Position numbers and translations under genes: made by a program. From Diploschistes diacapsis (lineage: Eukaryota), in contig JALAIB010000084.1 in NCBI GenBank assembly GCA_023645945.1, forward strand, positions 1 to 34,404: a stretch of 34,404 nucleotides of DNA, read 5' to 3'. The notes under the pieces were generated by a model that was not told the origin of the DNA, searched no databases, and saw nothing but the letters and a program-made list of their open reading frames with translations. The first letter of the stretch is position 1. Each line of letters opens with the position of its first letter. Positions 12,431 to 23,838 of the stretch are shown in pieces.

Positions 12431-13114
12431 TCAACTCATTTCAGCGGAGTTTCTCGAATCGTGTTTCCCAGTTGTTGTGTTCCCATTAGCAGTTGTAGTG
12501 TCCGCTACCTCATCGAGGTCATCCCAAGCCTCGCCGCCATCTTCATCATCCTCTTCTGCGACAACACCGAGCTCTTGACTACTACTCCCCCCTTCGCCTA
12601 GCTCCACGTCTTCCTCGCCCTCGCCTGCGATAATGCCGTATCCCTGCAGTTTCTTTTTTCTCTTCCTTTCTAGCATTCGCCGATGGTACCATGCGCATAG
12701 TGATAGTGCTGCGATGGATCCTAGGACGTTCGCAGCAATATCGATGCGATCGAAGTTTCGTTCACTGGACAGTAAACCTTGAGCTACTTCCGAAGCTACG
12801 GACAGCGCTAACGAGACGGTAAGGATAAGCTTCAGTAAGACTCGCCGGGGAAGGTCAAGAGCCCAGTATAAAGTAAGCTTAAGAGCGTCAATTTGTAGTT
12901 AGGAGCCGCTGCCGGTTTAGAGCACCCACCGTAAGGAGGAAGAAGACAACGAAGTGCAGCGCCTTATCATCGACGGCGGGTATCTGGGTGGGCGTAAACC
13001 CCAGATATGCCGAGATGATCACCAGCGCGGCAAAGGCACCTAGGAAGATGTGAGCAGGATGCCAGCCCTGTAAATGGGCATCAACTGACCAGCGAATGGA
13101 TAGCGGATTCTCAT
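12431..13114 (-). CDS. Fungal VanZ-like membrane protein, 3 exons
   Basis: Exons 13114-13090, 13039-12930, 12877-12431 (second intron has a CTAAC branch and AAG acceptor). Product MRIRYPFAGAFAALVIISAYLGF...DDKALHFVVFFLLT LTLYWALD...SEVAQGLLSSERNFDRIDIAANVLGS...WYHRRMLERKR carries the VanZ-type DK-x-H and E-x-x-Q...R-x-FD-x-x-D-x-x-AN motifs. Mostly missed by the ORF track. Confidence 0.88.
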
Positions 13115-13721
13115 CCTTTAGAACCTTGCAGATAAAAGTCTGTGCAAGGAAGACAAGAAGGATTTATGATACAGCTCAAATCATTGTAGTTTACGTTGTT
13201 GGTCGTGTCTCTAGGGGCGTCCTGAGAGCCTAGATAACATGAAAGAGTTATATAGCTGGCTACAGTGTACTGTCTGTCAAACCTCATGCGGCGAAGCTCC
13301 CAGTATGCGGATTGCCAAGATGAGCTTCCCCAGGCAGGCCCAGTGAGTGATGTCTGGACCCAGCTCGCCCATGCTAAAGGAGCGTCCTCGGGGCGCTTCC
13401 CTAGCAACTCACTCGGGCGGTTAGGCCCGTGTTCGCCGACCCATCATAATTCCCTAAGGGGACTAGCGACAAATCTGACTCCAAACCTCATCTCCAGCCC
13501 ATCACGCATTTGCCCTTCAAATCGCGATAACTTGTTCATCAGAATAATCCATTGACCCATCGAATTCCGGCGCTTTTCCATCTTCATGCGACTCTCTGTC
13601 GCTTGTACTACCCATGAAACCTAATATTGTCTACTAGCGACGCCTATTCCGTCTTCGACTGTCACCGCCTTTCAAGGTGGAGCGACCCCTGTCTTTTCGG
13701 CGGGCGAGGGGGTGAGGAGAG

Positions 13722-16700
13722 ATGTCGTCGCTGGGAGGCCACTTCCATCACCCACAAGTCCATGGGCATGGTGGAATGAATGGCTCGCTCCATCCTAGCA
13801 TCGCTTCGGGTGCTCCGTCGCGATCCCGCACTCCCAATGCCGTCGCCCCGCAGCCGCAGCACCATCCGGAGTCGGAGCAAAACGGGGATAATGATCCGCG
13901 CAGTCAACTTTTCAACCAACTATACTCAAGCACTGAAGCAAAGTTGGACGCGCTTTTCTCCGGGCAACCGACACCCGACGTTGACAATGCCGATGCGGAA
14001 GCGGAAAGTCTTGGCGCACCAGAGGCCGCCACGGAGAAGGAGAAGGAAGCAAAGCAGCAGCCCAAAAAAGCCGCCAGAACAATTGACGAAGACAATTATG
14101 ACGACTCCGACGAAGAGGATGACATCTCAAGCAACATCTCGCCACTGAAAGCTCGTAGCACCGGCTCCACCGCCATCCCGCGCGTCTCCTCCCCCCCGAA
14201 GGTACCAGGGATTCCGCCGAGCCCTTCACTGACCAACAGCAATGTCAGCGGTACACAGTGGCAAGGAAAGGGCGCCGAGGATGCGCGCAAGAAGCTTGAA
14301 GATGACAAGAAGCAAGCTGAAGAGGCCGCAAAGAGAAGCTTCAACACGATGTACTGGCCCTTGGACAATGATCGGGTTACTATGCTCGAGCAGCAAAGAC
14401 TGGAAGAGTCTGAGCGTCAGGTGGATGTTGAAATGGCCGGTCAGGGCACCTCGAACAATAGTCAACCCACGGGAGGGACGTTGAGTTCCACGAACCTCGG
14501 CGCATCGAGTCTAGTGTTGAAGCACCTCATTGCACGAATCGATGCAAAGCGCGATCAAGTCAAGGCCTCCGACCAAGAGCTCAGGAACCTTATGGTTGAA
14601 GTCAAGAAGAACAGAAGTAAATGGGCAAATGAGGACAAAGTAGGACAGGAAGAGCTTTACGAAGCTGCGGAAAAAGTTTTACTTGACATCAAATCTAATA
14701 CCGAACATTCACAACCTTTCCTACAAAAGGTCAACAAAAAGGATGCGCCGGACTACTACCACAGTAAGCCTCAGCGACTGATTAAGAGTTTGGGAATCGC
14801 TAACAGACTTTGCAGTTATTAAAGAGCCAATGGACCTCGGACAGATGACCAAGAAGCTTAAGCAGCTGCAGTACAAAAGCAAGGAAGAGTTCGTCAAAGA
14901 CCTCAATTTGATTTGGTCAAACTGCAAAAGGTATAACGGCGCGCCAGGTCACTTTCTCCGGAAACATGCAGAAGCCATGGAGAAAATGAGCGCGCGACTT
15001 ATTCCCCTCATCCCTGATATCAAAATCAGAGATAGAGCGGAAGTCGAGGCTGAGGAGCGGCGACAGCAAACTGTCGAAGGTGACGTAGAAGGTGCAGACG
15101 ATAGCGATGATGAACCGATTATCTCCTCTCGTGGCCGCAAAGCGACCTCCAGCAAAAAAGCCAAGAAGGGGTCCGGTGTGCGGAAGGCGCCATCGGAGCC
15201 TACGGAAGGCACCCCTGGAGCTGAAACGAAGCCTCATCTCACAAACGGAACAGGTCCATCTATTCGACATGGCTTCTTAAGAGCAGACTCTGACGCGGGA
15301 AATGATGGCAGGGGCACCGAATTTAGCACACCACCCCCTGGCACACTGACACCTGCTGGACAGAATGGAGTGGCAGCGAGTAGTCAGGCTGATCCAATGG
15401 AACTCGACAGCTTTGGCGATTCTGTATATGCCCAAGGATTAAGTAACGTTCATACAGACTATGACGACCCAGAGTATAAGATTTGGAAGCAAGTTACGAA
15501 AAAGGATCGTGCAGCTGTGACAACCGAAAGACACCGTCTGTTCAAAGGTGATCGGCTGAATCCGGATGAGCCTGCTTTGGTTCGAAGCAAAGCAGGAATG
15601 CGGAGATGGCTACGACGGCAACGGGAAGTAGACGGCTCTGGAGTGCTGGGAAAGCGCAAGTGGGATGAAGCTGAAGAGGCGGAAAGCGAGCAGAGGAACG
15701 AGACGCTCGCGGAGGGATTGGAACATACCGAAGAGAGGATACTACCAGACTACTATGATACAATGTCCGCTGTCCCAGACATTGAGAGGACGCTCCAGTG
15801 GAAAGAGGACTCGGAGGGCATTGTCGTCCCTGGATCCGATGAGACATTGCGTGTCATACCAACGGGCTTTTTCTCGTCACCAGCAGGCCTGCTAATGACC
15901 AAAATGAAAGCGAATATGCGACAAATGCAAGAGACTCGGAAGATCTGTGCCAAAATTGGGATCGTGAAGCAGATGCAGCTGCAATCGCAGGTATGCCCAA
16001 TTCAAGCGTCCTCTTGTACGGTTACTAATGCCATCATAGATGTATCAAAATCAATTCCAGAAATATGATCCGGAGCCCCTGATGGATCAAAATGTCGATC
16101 CGCATGTCGTGTCTGACGATGGCCCCGTCATGTCGCAGTACGCTTGCCGCTCTGCTATGCAACGATCAGTCGCTAAGGTTTTCTATAATGCCGGTTTTGA
16201 GGAGTATCAACCTTCGGCCATTGACGCTGTTACTGACATTGCGACCGACTTCCTTGTGAAATTGGGTCGCTCATTTAAAGAATATATGTCGCAACCGAAA
16301 GTCCCTGTGGTAGAGAACGTGTCCGGATCTCCGGAAACAAAGGTTAAGTGGAAGCGAAAGTATTCGCTCGAGGAAAGCATACTGCAGTCTTTGAACGAGA
16401 ACGGCATTGAGCTCGAGGCTTTGGATACATATGCCAAGGAAGACGCCGATCGATTCAGTAGCAAGCTATCTACTATGCATGAGCGTATGAAAGCCCACCT
16501 GTCCGAGCTCTTGAGGCCTGCTCTTACGGCCGATGCGGGCCCGGATGGCGTGAACGCGTTCAATGACGGCAGCGAGCAGTTCGTTGGAGGCGACTTTGCC
16601 GAAGATCTCGGGGAAGACTTCTTTGGCTTCAAAGAGCTTGGTCTTGATAAGGAGTTTGGGCTGGCTGGCCTCAGTGTGCCTTTGCACCTGTTGCAGAACC

Positions 16701-17409
16701 GCATGCACAATGCATACCAGGCCCAAAGCACGAGGTCCATATATCCCCTGAATTATCTTTTATTCGATGCTGACCGCCGCCCAGTATTACAATTTCCACA
16801 GCCACCGCCTTCCCAACACCCCCACCACTCGAGCCCATCACTTTCGAAAACATCAGCAACGAAATCGGTCTCATACAGCGCTTCTTCAAGGAGAGGCTAT
16901 CGGCCAACAACAATCAGCCACTTACCGAAGACGAAGACCTGCCACAAAAACAGCGCCTGCCCAAGCCGCGTCTACCGCCAACCGGCAAAATCACCTCTCC
17001 CCGCAAGCGTCCCATCCGCGAGAGCGGCCCTGGCAAGGGACATCCGAAAAAAAAGATGCGGCACATCGAAGGCCAGGGCTGGGTCAAGCAGAGTGACCTT
17101 GTTGACCAGGAACGCAAAGAGAAAGATGGCAAGGAGAAAGGGAAGGGCAAGCAGGACCAGCAAAAGAAGGACCAGCAATCGCAGCAGCCGGGGAGTAAGT
17201 TGAAGCACTCGACTAGGGCGATGGACTTGGATGGTGCCTTGCACGCAGACGCGAACGGCGACGCGGATGAAGAGATGTTCAATGGGGTTGCGCCACCGCA
17301 GCCAAGCAAAGCAGTGGGAGACGCGGGTAGGGCCAAGGCGAAGCCGAAGACGAATGGCGCGACGGGTGAGGGGGGGATGATCAGCCCCGAAAGCTTGGAG
17401 GCAACATGA
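13722..17409 (+). CDS. SPT7: SAGA complex subunit Spt7 (bromodomain + histone fold), 4 exons
   Basis: Exons 13722-14763, 14816-15990, 16040-16734, 16785-17409. '[20 protein letters not shown]', '[20 protein letters not shown]', bromodomain '[24 protein letters not shown]...[10 protein letters not shown]', histone fold '[18 protein letters not shown]', '[13 protein letters not shown]', C-terminal '[28 protein letters not shown]'. Confidence 0.95.
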
Positions 17410-20173
17410 TATGGAGGTGGAAAGAGAGGCTTATGCGAACTCATTTCTTCCTCTGGAGTTAGTACCTGCACGACCTTTGCAAGCGAGGAGAGGGCTGCTG
17501 CTTTATGTTGATAGTCCCTTGCATTTACGGCGGTCTTCTTGCGTCTATATTTCCTCATTTTCCTTTTGGGCTTCCTTGCGTACCTGCTTTTGCAGGTTTG
17601 ATACCACTATAACGACAATTATCTTTTTCTATACGGGACAGGGCGCGAATCGGCGGCAGCTACCCAGCTGATTGGGGTTACCTTCATGTCTCTGTACATT
17701 TATATCCTAATTCAAAAGGTCGGGGCCGGGATGGTTGTGGATAGATGGGATTTGCTCCGCGAGATGAAAGTCTTTTAAAAACATGCGAAGAGATGTGTCC
17801 CCTGGGGTGGGCATCTCTTCAATGGCTGTAAATATGGGTGGGGGAAACAAAACCTTGAGCGGCGCGCGTTGCTATCAAGCGGCAATACCTCAAGTTGGCA
17901 GGGTGGGGGGATTCTGCGTCGAGGGGGGCCCCAGGTGGGCTGGGATAAAAGCAAGGGCGTTCGACGGATGAAATGGACGATACTGGGCTTAACGGCGTCA
18001 CGACGGTTAGGAATGGAGGATAAGGAGAGGTGGACAGCACGCCACCGAGCTGGTGGGTCACTCTATCTACAGTGCGGTGAGGGCGCAGACGGGCGCCATG
18101 ATGGAGGCGTGAGAAAAGGCTTACAGAGGCGTGGATAAGGCAAGATCAATTCACTCATTAATGCCCAAACTTCTATGACTTCGATGTGATTTCCTCTATG
18201 TGAGCGTTGGAAACATATCTCTTGGTGGACTGATTTTGTAACATGCACCCTAAGAGACAATTGGTTGGCCCCATGTTCCTTGATTCATCCACATCGATGA
18301 GATTCGGACTTGCATAACAATTATCTTCGAGCAATAATTATATCTACGAAGACAAAATTCCCAACCAAACAGGTACTCAGGATTTGGCTGAAATTCAACT
18401 TCACCATGTCACAAGGGCAGTAACCAAACCGGTAAGACTCTGCCAAGGATGGATTGCGATGAAAAACATTGTAGGGCACGTGATGGGCTTAGGGCTTCGT
18501 CCGTAAATGGTAAGTTGGCACACAGGAGCGAGCGATAAGGACAAGCTTCAGAACAGGCCATTTTTTTCCTCAGTAATCTATTACAAGATCTTAAAGTAAT
18601 TTCGTCACGTTTTTGGTGATCATGTCTCACTGAAGTTTTGCTGTTGCGGAACTCTAACAAATCCAATTGTTGCGAGGTAATTTACACAGGAGGATATATC
18701 TAACTATATACTGAAATTATTACAGCCGAATGTCACTCCTTCAACGTTGCGTGCTCGGTATAACGCTGCTGTATCCTTTTCGTGCATATTCCTTCTTCCA
18801 CCTTGCGGCTCCATGCACTCTTGAATCAGTCTATACGAGCCATTAGTTTTCTGCACTAAGCTTAGCCGACGACTAGAACGCTCGAGGCTGGGGAGAGGAA
18901 CTCTGTGTTGGCGTGGTGAAGCAGAGTCGTCTAGGAGCGTGAGGTATGCGCTAAGGCTTCAGCGCTTGATCGCAGCTCATGAAGGGAGAGAAAGAGCCAA
19001 CTCAATACGGCCAAATACAGATAGGAGGGAGGAGAGAGCATGGGGTAATGGCCTCTCTAACAAATCGCAAGCTTTAGAGTACTGTGAGGTATCCCTAGCA
19101 CAATCCAGTCCAAGGCTAAACCTAAAGCTTGGGATATGCTTGGAGCAATGCCAGTGTGTCAGGTTGAATCCAAGCTAGAGAAGAACACGAGACCGAGAGC
19201 AAGCCTTCACGATCTCCTTCGCAATATTATTTCTCAATAATAGCAGCTTCTCGCGTCACTAACCTCAAAAAGTTTCTACGGTAATCAAAAGCATGTGCCA
19301 TCGAGAAGCATTCATCTACGGGCCAACACCTTATCCCACGCAAACATTATGCAGTGCTGGACAGTATTTATCGCGCCTATCATTTATTAATAGCGGCAGT
19401 CATCATATAAAACAAAGCACCATGGCCGTCAGTGGAACAACGTAAGCACGTTTCAGATGTAACGACAGATATCTTCCGAGAAAAAATGTTCACGGTCTGG
19501 AGCAGGTATATAACATAACTTCTTGTTGATGAGCGCTGTAAAGTCTTCTGCGGCGTCAGCTTTCGCTTACACGGATCATTGAGCGCCAAACACCATATTT
19601 CAGGCCAAGGTAAGGTCTTTCAGATTCCTGCGCCAGCTTGCTATACACCTAATAGTGGGTGTCATCTGGCAGGCACAGTGATTGAAGGCCATGCTTACAA
19701 CACCAGAGTCTGCCAAATAACTAACCATTTTGAGGAAGCAGCTGTCTAGCCTGAGTGTCCCAGGCAGTTGAAGATGGGTTGAAGATGGCCAGAACGTAAA
19801 CGCAGCCAGCATATCGAAGCAAGCATGGTCGATCTATCAATTGTGTTCAGTTCCCAAGGAGTATAATGCGGCTTGTTTTGCAAAGATGTTATAATTGTGA
19901 AGAATGAATGGATAGTGAAGTGGCAGCAATAGCTATCGGCCGAGTGGAGTGCATAGACATATAGAATAAAGATTAGCCAAGATAGCCTTACAGGGCTCTA
20001 GGGCTGATCCGGGCACAGGAGCTTTCATGGTGTTTTCGAATATTTACTGTAGAGCACCAAAAAATATCTTTGAAGCCACAACTATGTTATCAACAATGCT
20101 GAGTACCATTTCAGGTTCCTGTGCTGAACCCGAGTGTCCCTGGCAGCACAAAAAAGTGATCTGAAGCCTGTAT

Positions 20174-20440
20174 CTAGCACCTGACAGGATATTCTCCATT
20201 CACTCGGCTGTTATACGGAAATGGGAAGAGCTTCAGAATTCGGATCCTGGTTCGATTCGACAACGGATGAGTCAGTGATCGATGGTCAAGCACCGCACCT
20301 AAGCAATCCCTGGTTCCGATACTGCTACCCTCGTGTTCGTCACCGAATGGGATCATCCAACTAAATCGATAATGCTACGAGAGTGTCCGGGATGAAGTCG
20401 GAGGTGGCGAATACTTGTGGACGCGGATAAATTGATTTTC
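20174..20440 (-). pseudogene. Possible remnant of a HET-domain gene 5' end
   Basis: Two short motifs, 'SIRHLRLHPG' (~20415-20387) and 'HPLSNRTRIRILKLFP...PVRC' (~20269-20177), resemble the 'PL...IRLLxLxP...PIxC' start of fungal HET-6-like proteins. The downstream HET core (YxALSY, LWIDALCI) was not found. Confidence 0.3.
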
Positions 20441-21630
20441 GCTAGCTGCGTGGTGCATGGGTATGTTGAGATTACACGCGACAAGGATAAAACACAGGGA
20501 TAACGGGAAGTCTTGGTCTTTTGTTGCCAGATCATCAGTAATCTGCTGCATATGGCCGGCCCTCTTAGGTACATCGATTCACTATACGATACCCCTTTAC
20601 CTGCATGAGCTTCTTTGCTCGCGCTTTGGTCTTGTTCTTGACTACTATACTACGCCGCCAAAGAGAAAAAGAAGAGAGAAAATGGCAATAATAGAGGAGC
20701 ACGGTATTCCATCGGGACTCCGTAAAAAGGTGGAGCAAGCTGGGACCCACTACAACTTGATCTGCACTACACAAAGTCACTAGCGCACATGGGAAATCAG
20801 GGGAATCACAGACCAGTGGCGCTCTTGGTGGTCACACTCGTTCAATAACCCAATAACCATCGGCCAAGGAAGGGCTGTGTCTCGGCAGAGAAGCGTGTTT
20901 CCCATGCCGGCTGCAAAAGCTAATATCCACCATCTCACCAACATCATAGAACGATCTGAAATCGATCCAGAGCGAACAACAGATAGAGTTGCATTGCTGC
21001 TAAGCGAGTGCGCATTTTGCACCTCATACATACAGTTGCTGTTATTTGAGCCTCACGACAGTCCAAACCGATCGTAGCCGAAACAAAGGCTTTTCTCGTC
21101 CCGAGCGCTCTTCTTTTCAATAAATACCTCTGTATATCGCTTTCCAAAACAGAATGCGAGTGCTGATGTGAATCATAAACAAGTCGCAGGAAGGCAAGAA
21201 CGCAATTTCAGTCGGCGTACTAGTCATAGTGGCTGTTCTCCGATTTTTTCTTGCTTTGCTGGTCATCGACCTGCCCCATTCACTCGTACTGACTGTGTTT
21301 GCTGTGTGCGGGCTAGCAGTGCGTTCTAGTGCCAGATCCTATCCCCGACTAACGACGACGGCCTACCAAGGATCTGACGAAATCTGACACAGAAAAGCAA
21401 AGCCCGGAAACTTTGAGAAAGCAAAAGTAAGCGCGGGTCATGGCAGAATGGAAAGCCTTTGGCCAGGGTCCTTGGTCTGCTCTTGCTGTTATGCATACCT
21501 TCCTTTTCCAACGTTCAAGTAATCGCTCCTCCCACTCCTACTTTGTCCACCCTTTCGTCCTTGACGCGTCTGGTCCCTCATTTCCAGGTAGCGAAATCGG
21601 AGCAATTCTACCTACTATCGTTCTTTCACA

Positions 21631-23081
21631 ATGTCTCTATTCTTCTATAAAAAGCCCAAATTTATAGAGAAGGAAGGAGGGCCACTTGGGTATGGGACGG
21701 TACACAAGTATGCCGAAAAGGCGGCAAACTGCAAAAATTGTATTCCAGAGAGACTGTCTTTCGATAACGTTATAGAAGGCAAGACGTTGCCAGTGAGTGC
21801 CATATGCAGATACTGAAGATGCTATTGCTCATCGTAGTAGCCGTGCAATCTCACGGACTTTATGGACTACCTGGTCTACGTATCTCGAGATGCCGAGAAT
21901 TTACAATTCCTTCTATGGCTACGCGACTACACCAGGCGATTCGAAGAGTTGCCCCAGTCGGAAGCCGCGCTTTCACCCGAGTGGAAATACGATGGCAAGG
22001 CTACTGCGGAGCTCAAGTCCTCCGCCCACAGCAGGATCATCTCTCCAGGTCCCATATCGAGGGAAAAGGCCATCAACACTACAGCGTTGGGGGTTCCTAC
22101 CTCTGACCCAAACTCGAATAAGACCTCGTTCGATCAGGAGCGAAATGGTAAGGCTTCGATACTTTGACGGTTCGTCAACGTTCCTGACTCGGTCTTTTAG
22201 CTCAAGCCCAACCCTTTCGAGCGGAGGTCAACCTCGTAACCCAACACTACCTCACCCAAGGTGCTCCGCGCGAGCTCAACCTCTCTTTCCGCATCCGCAG
22301 TTCCATCCTCGAAGCACTCCAAAAGACCACCCACCCTTCCGCCTTCGCTCCCCTCCGTGACCTGACGGAACAATGCCTGCGCAACCAGTCTCACCCCAAC
22401 TTCATCCGCTGGGCTGTCAGCAACCGCCGTCCGCCGCGGGCCGTTATCCTCCGACAGATGATGGCCATGAACTTTCTCACCTTCCTCGGCGGCGAAATCG
22501 CGCTCATTCTATCTCATTACTCGCGCTGGATCCGCATCTCGCTCTTCCCTTTCCTCTTCCTCGCCGTCCTCATGATGCACGCCGTTGTCCACGGCTTCTG
22601 CTTGCTCCTCACTCTTTCCAGCGAGCGCGAGCTGCGGCCGTGGGAGGTGTTTGGTGAAGACGACGAGTCGGTAGCACCGCTCGACCCAGCCAAATACGGC
22701 GGGGGGGACCACAACTCGACACCCGGCAGTATATTCAGCTTCGACGATTTAGCCAGCAGGGGAGCTACTTCGAAAGCAGGCTCGGATGCAGCATCCCACA
22801 CAACGCGCAGCACATGCACGCGCAGGTCGCGGATGAGCCGGATGAATCCGTTCGGTCCGGGCAACGCATTCGGCCAGGAGGCGTGGGTGGAGCGATGGAA
22901 CAAGGTCTCGTGGTGGCGAAAGGGGGTGTGGACATTCAGCATGGGCAAGGTGCCGAGTTATGAGGAAGGCATCAACGAGATTCGTCTCACGATCCTGTAC
23001 CAAAGCGTGTTGTGGTCGACGATCATCACGATTCCGGTCATGGTTGTCGTTGTCGCGTTGCCGGTTTGCAATCTTTACTAG
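21631..23081 (+). CDS. Fungal RGS-domain protein with C-terminal transmembrane helices, 3 exons
   Basis: Exons 21631-21792, 21841-22147, 22201-23081. 'IPERLSFDNVIEGKTLPPCNLTDFMDYLVYVSRDAENLQFLLWLRDY' (RGS E-N-L-x-F) and 'QPFRAEVNLVTQHYLTQGAPRELNLS...TTHPSAF...LRNQSHPNFIRW', then hydrophobic segments, 'RELRPWEVF' and a terminal TM helix. Confidence 0.88.
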
Positions 23082-23438
23082 GGAACAGGTTGGAGGTTCA
23101 GAGACGCAAAGGAGGTCGAACATAGCATAGGGCGTTGAATGGACGGTACTTTTGGTTCAACAAGTTGTCTTTGGAGGAAGAGGCCACGCCCAGCAGCGTC
23201 GTGAATTCTCGCAAGGGAAAGTCATCGCAAGAATCGCTTGGTTTGAGCCGCTCGGTCGGCGCAGACAGTCTCCGCATTCTTTTACAAACGCCGATGCTCC
23301 GTTGGGCTGGATCTTCACCCAGGCACCGAGGGAGGAGGCCCCTCTCCATCTACAGATGTGGCAGCCATTCAGCCATCAAGAGCCCCGAATATGGCGCTCT
23401 GCATCTCATTAAGCTGTACTGCAAATACAGAGATATAT

Positions 23439-23509
23439 GGTAGCTATCTACCTAGCAATAGTGATCTCTTCGAGCCATACTACAAATCCAGATGCGGTAG
23501 CTATCTACC
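23439..23509 (+). repeat. Direct repeat of the self-complementary 14-mer GGTAGCTATCTACC, copies 57 nt apart within a longer imperfect duplication
   Basis: Exact copies at 23439-23452 and 23496-23509, each preceded by similar 'tact(g/a)caaat(a/c)caga' sequence. Confidence 0.8.
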
Positions 23510-23693
23510 CACAATTCCACACCATCACCTTTTCCAGCGACTTATCAGATCCATACGTGTATAGGCCAGACTACCCCTTCACTCCGCACAAGATAAACGA
23601 GACAAAAACGAGATGCGCACCTGGTTGCAACAATATACCCGACCGATAAGACGTCAAAAAGCAACTGCCGCTTCCCACGATCCTTTGCGCATT

Positions 23694-23714
23694 CCCCCGC
23701 CCCCTCCCCACCCC
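23694..23714 (-). other. Four-tier G-quadruplex-forming motif GGGGTGGGGAGGGGGCGGGGG
   Basis: Four G-runs of at least 4 with single-nucleotide loops, read directly from the sequence. Confidence 0.75.
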
Positions 23715-23838
23715 TTTACGTTGTTTAACACGCAAATCATCCCGGCATCCGACGACATGGTCAAGTACCAAAGCGCAAAAAAACATCAGGCCCCACGGGA
23801 TCCTCTTACAATCCTTTTTTTATAAAGCGTATAAGGTT

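Noticed and set aside
5041..17409. Many 60-214 aa antisense or alternative-frame ORFs overlapping PSE1, the CBS-PB1 gene and SPT7
   Set aside because: Shadow ORFs of codon-biased real genes, with no recognisable motifs.
17853..17894. Possible hairpin (CTTGAG...CTCAAG) in a G-rich stretch after SPT7 as an ncRNA
   Set aside because: Short imperfect stem with no snoRNA, snRNA or tRNA boxes; expected by chance.
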